Shown piece after piece: positions 19,337 through 27,505 of a stretch of DNA of 64,000 nt. A model generated the notes under the pieces. The model ran no database searches, was not told where the DNA came from, and saw only the letters and a list, made by a program, of their open reading frames with translations. Source of the stretch: an uncultured virus (IMG/VR IMGVR_UViG_3300025108_004750) (Duplodnaviria; Heunggongvirae; Uroviricota; Caudoviricetes). Both the position numbers and the translations under genes were made by a program. The stretch lies in the IMG/VR virus record IMGVR_UViG_3300025108_004750; one strand, written 5' to 3'. How positions within the stretch are numbered: the first letter of the stretch is position 1; every line of letters begins with the position of its first letter.

Positions 19337-20814
19337 TACATATCCTTTATATATTGTGTATTGTCTGGTAAATGTTGAGTGTGGTTATCAAAAACTTCAA
19401 CATGATAACGATATGCACTGTCACTAAAATCTATATCATTATTAAACTTTAATTCTCTTTCAGCAACTTCAGATGTTAATTTACCTGTGCCTGCAAGTAC
19501 ATAACTCCACAAAGGCCATCCTGCTCCGCCTTCTGGTCTAGGGAATAATGTCATATTAGGTACTCTATGTTTGCAAACTTCGTGTATTGATTTTACAAAC
19601 TCTGTAGTTGTTACTCCACTATCAATATACTTCCAAAATTCTGTATCATTGCGTCCGCATGTATAATGTGCTACTAAGAAATCTCTTGTTGTGTCATACA
19701 TATGAGCTTTGTCGTTGTTGTATTTGTTAACGGTTCCTTCGTTGCATGTGATATCTCTGTTAGTAGACAAGCAACTAAACACAAAATCTTTTAATTGCAT
19801 AATTGTTGTATGTATACTTGTTGCTTCTAATGGTTCTGCAAAGGCCGCACACAATCCAATTGATAAAACATTCTTAATCCAAAGTGTTTCTTGCCTTCCT
19901 GATTCAAACTTTAATAGTCTAATTGGATCAACTTTACGCCCAATTGTTTGCTCAAGTTCAGCATGTGCTTGATCAGGTGTAACAAATTCATCACTGAATA
20001 CGTATCCACAACCACGCCTATTTTTTGTAGGTATTTGCCAACACCAACCATTATTTTGTGCCCATGCATTAGTTACAGGTTGAATAATTTCATCATCTTC
20101 ATACGGCAAAAAAAATGGTAATGCACTGTTTACAGGCAAATTATCCTTGTAACTTTTCCATTTTCCGCCTACTGCTTTCATAAGCACTTGATTGAATCCA
20201 CTAGCATCAATAAACATGTCGCCTTCAACAGTATTACCATTACTTAACTTAACTGACTCTACAAATCCAGTGTCTGACTCAAGCATAACTTGTTCAACTT
20301 CACTGTCAATATGTGTAACAGTTTCACAAATCTTCTTAAAATATTGGCCTACTTTGTGTGCATCAAAGTGATATGCATGATTGCCTGCAGGCTCAACAAA
20401 ACTATTTTTATTATGATGTATTTTATACCCAAGTTCAGTAGCAATATGTAATAAGTCTTGATCTCTGTAACCTAAAGCATGTTGAAACATAAGGTCAACA
20501 ACATCATTACTAGTTGGTGTGCCATCAATAGGACCATAATAATGTTTGTTTTTGTCAGGTCCCCAACCAATATGTTTAATACCTAATTTAATTGTAGCAT
20601 CACACTCTTTAATAAAGTCTTGTTCATTACAACCAAAGTCCCACATCTCATTGTGGATAATATTTGTTAGTGATCCTGTTGATCCTTCGCCTGCACCTAT
20701 GATACCAATCTTTGAACTTTCAATGACTGTTACTGTGTTTTCGGGCTTAATTTTTGAAATCATTAGAGCCGCTAGCCAACCGGCAGTGCCTCCTCCAACA
20801 ACAACTATCTTCAT
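19336..20814 (-). CDS. flavin-dependent halogenase (tryptophan halogenase family)
   Basis: GGGTAGW, GAGEGST, ATIKLGI, FIDASGF, GWCWQIP, FAEPLEATSI. Confidence 0.9.
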   Translation of the reverse strand: MKIVVVGGGTAGWLAALMISKIKPENTVTVIESSKIGIIGAGEGSTGSLTNIIHNEMWDFGCNEQDFIKECDATIKLGIKHIGWGPDKNKHYYGPIDGTPTSNDVVDLMFQHALGYRDQDLLHIATELGYKIHHNKNSFVEPAGNHAYHFDAHKVGQYFKKICETVTHIDSEVEQVMLESDTGFVESVKLSNGNTVEGDMFIDASGFNQVLMKAVGGKWKSYKDNLPVNSALPFFLPYEDDEIIQPVTNAWAQNNGWCWQIPTKNRRGCGYVFSDEFVTPDQAHAELEQTIGRKVDPIRLLKFESGRQETLWIKNVLSIGLCAAFAEPLEATSIHTTIMQLKDFVFSCLSTNRDITCNEGTVNKYNNDKAHMYDTTRDFLVAHYTCGRNDTEFWKYIDSGVTTTEFVKSIHEVCKHRVPNMTLFPRPEGGAGWPLWSYVLAGTGKLTSEVAERELKFNNDIDFSDSAYRYHVEVFDNHTQHLPDNTQYIKDM

Positions 20815-22325
20815 ACTAAACTTCCTCTATCTCCTCTGAACATTGCTCGTTCAGCCCAGTCTAACCCTATATTTGTACTTTCAATAGCATCAGTGTGATT
20901 AACACTTCCGTGCATACGATGTTGCTCTGCTATCAAAAAGTCACGCATGATAAAGTCTATTTCTTTAGGATTTAGGTAATTTAAATCTACATTAATAGGA
21001 TATCCCATTTGTATTAACCACAAGTGCCAATTAGGAGGATGAAACAATGTACGAGACTGTACATTAGTATAAAATTTTCTGTTTGGATCTTTTAACCAGC
21101 GTTCATAAAATAAATGTTTGTCTGACTTAACATGTGTTTCCTTTACATAATTCCAAAATGGTGTGTCCCATTTAGTATCAGCATAGTGACTATTAATAAA
21201 GTCAACAGCATCTTCGTACCAGTATTGCATATCTTTGTTATATGAGTCTATATCAGCTTGTCCGTAAGCGTATTGCGGAATACGCTCTGCTAACATTTTA
21301 ACACCATTAGTCATACTAGCAAGTCCAGTTGACTCTAACGGTTCGATAAATCCACCACTAAGGCCAATTGAAACAACATTATTCTCCCAGAAATTTTCAC
21401 TGTAATAAGGAAGCCAGTCAATAACTTTTAAGTCTTCAGGTTTAATTCTACCATCCCAGTGGTCACAAAAATATTGTTTTGCTGTATCAATGTCTGTTAT
21501 GTCTTTATTGAAAACCATACCACTACCAAAACGTGTTTGTGTAGGAATTTTCCAAATCCAACCGTGATCAACAGCAGGACAATTTACATATGGTACACGT
21601 TCTTTTTCTACATCATTGTACGGAACATGTCCAGCAACAGCAGTGTTTGTAAACAATCTACCTTCACCTAATAGTTCTACACGTTTAGGTTTTTTAAGAA
21701 TATTAGCAAAGCCTGTACAGTCAATATAAAAATCTGAATAGTGTTTTTTTCCATTTTTCAAATCTAAACTTTCAATATCATTTTGTTCGTTACGATTTAC
21801 ATTAACAACTTCACTTTTAATTAGATTAATCTTGTCTCCACAATGTCTTTGTAATACTTGTGTCAGTTTGCCAGCATCAATATGGAATGCTAGGGTGTCG
21901 AATGCTCCCCACATATCTACTTTGTTATTTTGACTACATTCATATGTAGGCATCCCGGCAGTTTTGAAATCCATATCTTGTTTTTGTGCCCAAATATCAT
22001 ACTGTGTAGCGGCTTTATCAAGATAACTTCTATTTAAATAAAAAGGATGCCATACACTACCTTTAGGATCTCTCCAACCAGGAAAATTAATACCTGCTTT
22101 GTATGTTGTATCAATATCTTTAAACCATTCAGTTAAAGATAATCCGCACTCTCTTAAATATGATGGGAATGTAAGTACAGTTGCTTCACCAACACCAATA
22201 GGATTTCCAACTTCTTTGTCGATTACTGTTAGTTCAATATCCCACATATTATTTTGAATGTATGCGGCCGCTAACCAGGCCGCTGAACCGCCGCCAACAA
22301 TAGTAATATTTTTAAGTTGTTTCAT
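20811..22325 (-). CDS. flavin-dependent halogenase (tryptophan halogenase family)
   Basis: GGGSAAW, IGVGEAT, TYKAGI, FYIDCTGF, GWIWKIP, FIEPLESTG. Confidence 0.9.
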   Translation of the reverse strand: MKQLKNITIVGGGSAAWLAAAYIQNNMWDIELTVIDKEVGNPIGVGEATVLTFPSYLRECGLSLTEWFKDIDTTYKAGINFPGWRDPKGSVWHPFYLNRSYLDKAATQYDIWAQKQDMDFKTAGMPTYECSQNNKVDMWGAFDTLAFHIDAGKLTQVLQRHCGDKINLIKSEVVNVNRNEQNDIESLDLKNGKKHYSDFYIDCTGFANILKKPKRVELLGEGRLFTNTAVAGHVPYNDVEKERVPYVNCPAVDHGWIWKIPTQTRFGSGMVFNKDITDIDTAKQYFCDHWDGRIKPEDLKVIDWLPYYSENFWENNVVSIGLSGGFIEPLESTGLASMTNGVKMLAERIPQYAYGQADIDSYNKDMQYWYEDAVDFINSHYADTKWDTPFWNYVKETHVKSDKHLFYERWLKDPNRKFYTNVQSRTLFHPPNWHLWLIQMGYPINVDLNYLNPKEIDFIMRDFLIAEQHRMHGSVNHTDAIESTNIGLDWAERAMFRGDRGSLV

Positions 22326-22772
22326 TTATTTGTCCTGTTCTAAATAATCAATTAAACTAAACACTGTTTCAAATTTAGTTTGATTGGTTTTACTTTGTAA
22401 TGTATTGCGTAATCCCATGTGTAATGGTTTAGGCCATCTTCCAAAACTTACCCATGCATATCCGTCATGTTCTTCGTTTAGTTGTGGAAGGAATTCATCT
22501 TTTAATATGCACAAATATGTATGAAAACTAAATTTTTCATCTGTACTAATAAAAGTTTCTAATGGAATTGTTTTGATTATGTCCGGTAATTCGCCGACTT
22601 CTTCGTGTATTTCTCGTTGTAGTGCAGGCCACGGAGCTTCATTCTTACCGTTAGTACCGCCTACTAATCCCCATACATGTTTTTGTTTGCTTTGTGTGCG
22701 GTGTAATAATAAAAACCGTTGTGTTTTAAGTGAATAAAATAAGGCACCACTGCATATAATTTCTTGACTCAT
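22326..22772 (-). CDS. NUDIX hydrolase
   Basis: WGLVGG..E....ALQREIHEEVG Nudix box, LNEEHDGYAW; start taken at ATG22772. Confidence 0.85.
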   Translation of the reverse strand: MSQEIICSGALFYSLKTQRFLLLHRTQSKQKHVWGLVGGTNGKNEAPWPALQREIHEEVGELPDIIKTIPLETFISTDEKFSFHTYLCILKDEFLPQLNEEHDGYAWVSFGRWPKPLHMGLRNTLQSKTNQTKFETVFSLIDYLEQDK

Positions 22773-22777
22773 ACAAG

Positions 22778-22784
22778 TACTTAT
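22778..22784 (-). promoter_or_regulatory. late promoter variant ATAAGTA, 5 nt before NUDIX ATG
   Basis: Minus strand ATAAGTA-CTTGT-ATG; no SD. Confidence 0.55.
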
Positions 22785-22785
22785 T

Positions 22786-24249
22786 TTAGAGTGAGAGGCG
22801 CCAGGTGCCTTTTCGGTATTCGCCTTCGAATGAAAGTATCCATTCTGTACCAGTCCATCTGTACTGTACACCAGTATTTAGGTTGGTTATATATTTTGTT
22901 GTAGTTCCTGTGTCTGCACTAGCATCAAATACAACATGCCAATTAGAGCCATCCCATTCTACAATGTCATTTTCGCCTGCTACAAAGTCTGTATTATCTG
23001 CATTTTTCCATGCATCAGGCCCATCATAACCTGCTACACCTACATTATCACTGGTATTAATAGCACCTAATAATAACAATCTTAGTCCTGCCGCTTTTGC
23101 ATCAGTTGGATTATACTTACCAGGATTAATAATAAAATCAATTGAACCTGTATTATTTCTACCAGCTGGCGAGTTTAGTGTTGTGTTAGTAGGTATAGTA
23201 TCTTCATCCCAATCAACAACCAATTGACTCTCGTCTAGTGGGTTAATAGTTACTGATCCGTTAACACTTATACTTGTATCTTCACCTTCTAATATCTTAC
23301 GTTGTAATTGTAACTGTGATAATCCTGCTCTATATTCGCCTGGTAATACTTCTATTAATTTAGTCCAAGTTACTGTTCCTGTTTTTCCTCGATCAATTAT
23401 TTGTGCAATGTTATTCATTACAACCATATCATAGTCTTTGTATGTAGCAGTATTAACTGATAGGTTCAATGTATCTCTTTGTATACGATCAGTCTGCTTA
23501 TCCATAGTTGGTCTTTCTTGTGGAGCATCAGAATATGCCTTTAATTCAGGTGTACTAATACCTAATGCAATATTACCATTTGATTCGTCAAATATACTCA
23601 TAATAACATTTGTTATAATACCTAACTTTTTAACTTTAGCAGGCATGTTAATGTATATTGGAGTTGTAAAACTAAGTTGTGCAACATCAATTTCACTTTC
23701 TGTTCCAATTGGAATACTTCTATTACTAAAACTTGTGCTAGTTAATTCCACACTAGTTAAACTACTCCAGTCGACATAATTATCTGTTGTTTGTATTTCT
23801 AAACTAGGATTAAACAACATTAATAACTGTTCCATAATTTGTAATTTTTGATCTGTGTTAGTTGACCAAATATCTACATTAACATTTAATGTATATGGAC
23901 TAGGCATTATACGTTCTACTGTATAATTTTTACCTTGTGTGTTTAAATATTCACTACCAGTAGAATCGTAAGCACGTTCTCTAAGATGCACTTTACTAGT
24001 AAAAGAACTATCACTAGTTCTAGTTCGGTCTTGTTCTAACCCCGTGATGTATACTGACATACGCGGCGCACTTGGTATTTTGTTTTCTGAATTATCTCTT
24101 AAAATATGACCAACTTGACGTGTAATATCGCCATACATAACAGGTACACGAACTATTTTATCATCGCCGTCTTTGTATGAAAAGTTACTAAACAGTCTTA
24201 CTAACTGAGTAACATATCTACGTATTTGTCCATCATAAAAATGTTGCAT
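22786..24249 (-). CDS. tail sheath stabilizer/completion protein (gp15-like) with C-terminal extension
   Basis: FYDGQIRRY..LFSNF, VPVMYG, PRMS, PSPY.L...IWS.N.DQ.LQI.EQ...FNP. Confidence 0.75.
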   Translation of the reverse strand: MQHFYDGQIRRYVTQLVRLFSNFSYKDGDDKIVRVPVMYGDITRQVGHILRDNSENKIPSAPRMSVYITGLEQDRTRTSDSSFTSKVHLRERAYDSTGSEYLNTQGKNYTVERIMPSPYTLNVNVDIWSTNTDQKLQIMEQLLMLFNPSLEIQTTDNYVDWSSLTSVELTSTSFSNRSIPIGTESEIDVAQLSFTTPIYINMPAKVKKLGIITNVIMSIFDESNGNIALGISTPELKAYSDAPQERPTMDKQTDRIQRDTLNLSVNTATYKDYDMVVMNNIAQIIDRGKTGTVTWTKLIEVLPGEYRAGLSQLQLQRKILEGEDTSISVNGSVTINPLDESQLVVDWDEDTIPTNTTLNSPAGRNNTGSIDFIINPGKYNPTDAKAAGLRLLLLGAINTSDNVGVAGYDGPDAWKNADNTDFVAGENDIVEWDGSNWHVVFDASADTGTTTKYITNLNTGVQYRWTGTEWILSFEGEYRKGTWRLSL

Positions 24250-24473
24250 TACTCTTTACCTTTACAAGATTTACAACCGCAGTCATTTAAGAAAAAATGT
24301 ACAATGGCCATTGTAAACCACATCCATGTCATTTCACCTATACCAAACAGTGTATTGCCGTGTGCAGGCATATCGTGATCCATATGCATCATTGGCATCA
24401 TATCTAGATATAAAAAATATACACCTAGCCCTGCAAAAATTATTCCTGCAATATTATGTCTAATTATTCTCAT
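24249..24473 (-). CDS. small two-TM protein with Met/His-rich loop and CxCxxC tail
   Basis: TM-MMPMMHMDHDMPAHG-TM-DCGCKSC; TAATG coupling to both neighbours. Confidence 0.65.
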   Translation of the reverse strand: MRIIRHNIAGIIFAGLGVYFLYLDMMPMMHMDHDMPAHGNTLFGIGEMTWMWFTMAIVHFFLNDCGCKSCKGKE

Positions 24474-25630
24474 TAATTATCCGCCTTTGGTCTTAGAGCT
24501 TTACCTAATCCTTGTCTTTCTACAACAGTTTCACCTGCAATAGTTGATTCATTTGTATTGTTAACAAACGTACCTTTTTGTGTTTGTTTTGTATTAGTAT
24601 TTGTCATTGTCATTCTTACATTATCTTCCATCTTAACCCATCTTCTACCGTCATATCTAAATAATCTATTTGGCATCATATCAATTCTTAGAAAATAATC
24701 ACCTTCAGCTTGCGTAAGTGGAAAACTAATACCACTTCCAAATGCTTCGCCATTAGGTGCTAATCCGTCGCCAATAATATAACCTGTATAGCCCTCACGC
24801 TCTGGTGTTTGGTTAACTCTATCTGCTAATTCGTTTTGTGTACTTGCATCAAGTTCACTACTATCTGTTGTTACTAATTCTGGTTCGCCTCTATCATCAA
24901 CTTGTAGGGTATATAAATGACTTGTATCATAACCTGCTTTAGGAGCATCAGATTCTGCTTGCGAAATAATAGCATCATTAATTTGCATCTCTTTATCGTA
25001 GGTACTAAGTACGTCACGTAGTGTTTGTGATGATCCTTCTTCTGCTGGTAAATCAAGTACTTCTTTGAACTCTTGACTATCAATAATTTGTTTCATTTTC
25101 ACACGATATAAGTGTGGGTACCAAGTTGGTGAAAATCCTTCACTTGCTCTGTTCACATCTTCAACAACATAATAACGTTTTAACGCCACACTAAAATCAT
25201 TAAGTGCATTTTCGTCTTTTAAGTGTGGAAGTTCAATAACATCACCAGACATAATTTTACGTCCTAGTGTTTTTACACTATAATTAATTGGTATAGTCAT
25301 AAAAATAATATCATTTTGTAGGAACAAACCAAATTGGCTCATATCAAAATCTACATCTGAAACACTATATATACCACGCATTGTATAAATGTCAGGATCG
25401 TATTTACGATCTCTGTTCTCCATAAACAACATGTCTTGTATATTAGTTTCTTTTACAGCATCGTACTGTGGTTGATCAGCTGTAGCAGATGCATCATCTG
25501 GATTCTTAGGTCCTAAGTACTTGTGTACAAAGACGTCGGTACCTCCAACGGTAAACATCTCTGTTATAGTCTTATCTAAGAATGAATAATCTTTCCCTCT
25601 TTCGGGTTTGTATAAACTAAGTCTCGGCAT
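24473..25630 (-). CDS. neck/head-closure protein (gp14-like)
   Basis: MPRLSLYKP, IQDMLFMENRDRKYD, SQFGLF, GDVIELPHL; divergent from gp13, upstream of gp15-like. Confidence 0.65.
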   Translation of the reverse strand: MPRLSLYKPERGKDYSFLDKTITEMFTVGGTDVFVHKYLGPKNPDDASATADQPQYDAVKETNIQDMLFMENRDRKYDPDIYTMRGIYSVSDVDFDMSQFGLFLQNDIIFMTIPINYSVKTLGRKIMSGDVIELPHLKDENALNDFSVALKRYYVVEDVNRASEGFSPTWYPHLYRVKMKQIIDSQEFKEVLDLPAEEGSSQTLRDVLSTYDKEMQINDAIISQAESDAPKAGYDTSHLYTLQVDDRGEPELVTTDSSELDASTQNELADRVNQTPEREGYTGYIIGDGLAPNGEAFGSGISFPLTQAEGDYFLRIDMMPNRLFRYDGRRWVKMEDNVRMTMTNTNTKQTQKGTFVNNTNESTIAGETVVERQGLGKALRPKADN

Positions 25631-25638
25631 AACAATAG

Positions 25639-25660
25639 TATTTATCGTAACGCATAAATA
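25639..25660. promoter_or_regulatory. back-to-back late promoters for the gp14-like (minus) and gp13-like (plus) genes
   Basis: TATTTAT (25639-45) and ATAAATA (25654-60) in a 49-bp divergent gap. Confidence 0.75.
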
Positions 25661-25679
25661 CATTGTACGGAGAAGATAC

Positions 25680-26441
25680 ATGTCAACAAACATTAATACA
25701 AAAAAACAAGAAGTTTTCAAATACGTAGAACTAAGTCTCGGTGGTGGAATGATCGATGTTGAACTCGATCCAGAGCATTATGAAAGTGCCCTTAACACAG
25801 CATTTACTAAATTTAGACAGCGTAGTGAAAATAGTGTTGAAGAATCATACATCTTTTTACCTACAGTAATTGATCAAAATGATTATGTACTACCAAATGA
25901 AGTAATGGAAGTTAGACAAATTTTTAGAAGATCAATTGGATCACGCACAGGTGGCGGAGATGGCGGTACATTGTTTGAACCATTTAACATGGCTTATACA
26001 AATACATATCTATTAGCAAGTAGTAACATGGGCGGACTATCAACTTATAATGCATTTGCAGGATACCAAGAACTTGTAGGACGTATGTTTGGATCATTCA
26101 TTGAATTTAAATGGAATAGATCAAATAAAAAACTTACAATACTACAACGTGCTCGTGCAGAAGAAGAACTGTTATTAGAATGTTACAATTACAGACCAGA
26201 CTTTGAATTGTTAGATGACTATATGGCTGTACAATGGATCAAAGACTATACACTTGCAAAGTGCAAATATATGTTAGGCGAAGCACGTAGTAAATTTGCT
26301 ACAGTCGCAGGCCCACAAGGCGGCACATCTTTAAACGGTGATGCCTTAAAAGCTGAAGCACAAGCTGAAATGGAAAAACTTGAACAAGATCTAGCACTAG
26401 CAGTAGCTGGTGGCGTAGGATACGGCTTCACAATCGGTTAA
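25680..26441 (+). CDS. neck protein (gp13-like)
   Basis: LGGGMIDVEL, WIKDYTLA.CK..LGE.RSKF..V.GP.GG..LNG..L..EA..E. Confidence 0.8.
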   Translation: MSTNINTKKQEVFKYVELSLGGGMIDVELDPEHYESALNTAFTKFRQRSENSVEESYIFLPTVIDQNDYVLPNEVMEVRQIFRRSIGSRTGGGDGGTLFEPFNMAYTNTYLLASSNMGGLSTYNAFAGYQELVGRMFGSFIEFKWNRSNKKLTILQRARAEEELLLECYNYRPDFELLDDYMAVQWIKDYTLAKCKYMLGEARSKFATVAGPQGGTSLNGDALKAEAQAEMEKLEQDLALAVAGGVGYGFTIG

Positions 26442-26449
26442 AATAATAC

Positions 26450-26478
26450 TTGACTTCTGCTAAATTATAACGTATACT
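26450..26478 (+). promoter_or_regulatory. sigma70-type promoter for dNMP kinase
   Basis: TTGACT-N17-TATACT. Confidence 0.8.
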
Positions 26479-26503
26479 ATACATTATAAATTAAGGATTC
26501 ATT

Positions 26504-27139
26504 ATGATTATTGGAATTTGTGGACTAATCAGTTGCGGTAAAGGTACAGTAGCAGATATTCTAGTTGACGATCACAGCTTTGAAAAAATTAGTTTTGCAG
26601 ACAAACTTAAAGACGCAGTATCTTTAATGTTTGATTGGCCACGTGATATGCTAGAAGGTGAAACTCCAGACAGTCGTTACTGGCGTGAACAAGAAGATAC
26701 ATTTTGGACAAAAGAAACAGGACGTAGTATAACTCCAAGACTAGTATTACAAGAGTTTGGTACTGACTGTATGCGTAACGGATTCTATGATGGCATCTGG
26801 GTGAGTTTTGTTAAAAAGACTATTATTGATAATCCTAATAAGAATTTTGTTATTCCTGATGTACGCTTTGAAAACGAAGTAGAAGTTATTAAAGGTATGG
26901 GTGGAAAAGTTTGGTGCGTTAAACGTGGACCTGATCCTGTATGGTTTAGACAATATCAAGACTTAGGCATTGAACCAACTGATGTACACCCAAGCGAATG
27001 GCGTTGGGCTAAAGCATCATTTGAACATAATATATATAATGAAGGAACTATTGCAGATCTTAAAAGTCAGGTAAAAGGTCGCCTTGTTTCCACTTTGCGC
27101 CTTGCTTCTGCATCAACCGCTGACAGTTCGCACAGATAG
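26504..27139 (+). CDS. deoxynucleoside monophosphate kinase (gp1-like)
   Basis: IIGICGLISCGKGT P-loop, SFADKLK, TPRLVLQEFGT, DVRFENE, HPSE. Confidence 0.9.
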   Translation: MIIGICGLISCGKGTVADILVDDHSFEKISFADKLKDAVSLMFDWPRDMLEGETPDSRYWREQEDTFWTKETGRSITPRLVLQEFGTDCMRNGFYDGIWVSFVKKTIIDNPNKNFVIPDVRFENEVEVIKGMGGKVWCVKRGPDPVWFRQYQDLGIEPTDVHPSEWRWAKASFEHNIYNEGTIADLKSQVKGRLVSTLRLASASTADSSHR

Positions 27140-27398
27140 TTTTTAAGTTACTACGCAACGTATTATTTAGATCACCGTCAATGTGGTAAACATTAAACTG
27201 CTCTTTATAAGTACTATGATAGTTACATTTTTCACAAGTATCTAACTGTCTATAACCAGCACGATGCCATTTAGGTATACCCCACATTTTTTTGCCGTGA
27301 TGTAAACAAGTATCACACTGCTTACGATAAAACGTTTTACCGTTCTTTTTATAGTTTACCGCCGCAGGCCGGTATCCGCATTCGCATAAAGGTCTCAT
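27060..27398 (-). CDS. zinc-binding HNH-like protein
   Basis: CEC, CDTC, CEKC, HIDGDLNN...NL..ICANC; own late promoter GTAAATA-N4-ATG. Confidence 0.7.
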   Translation of the reverse strand: MRPLCECGYRPAAVNYKKNGKTFYRKQCDTCLHHGKKMWGIPKWHRAGYRQLDTCEKCNYHSTYKEQFNVYHIDGDLNNTLRSNLKTICANCQRLMQKQGAKWKQGDLLPDF

Positions 27399-27465
27399 AT
27401 TGTATTTACCTGCCCTTTGTGGTACCTTTTTATGGGGGTTTTGATATATGTTTTTGGAGAAATCA

Positions 27466-27473
27466 TATAAATA
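27466..27473 (+). promoter_or_regulatory. T4 late promoter for tail sheath
   Basis: Exact TATAAATA, then ACAGGAG SD before ATG27506. Confidence 0.85.
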
Positions 27474-27505
27474 CTTTTAACAGTTGTTATAACAGGAGAA
27501 CTTAA

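Noticed and set aside
25608..25720. Apparent head-to-head overlap of gp13-like and gp14-like ORFs
   Set aside because: Artefact of longest-ORF starts; ATG25630 (minus) and ATG25680 (plus) leave a gap containing two late promoters.
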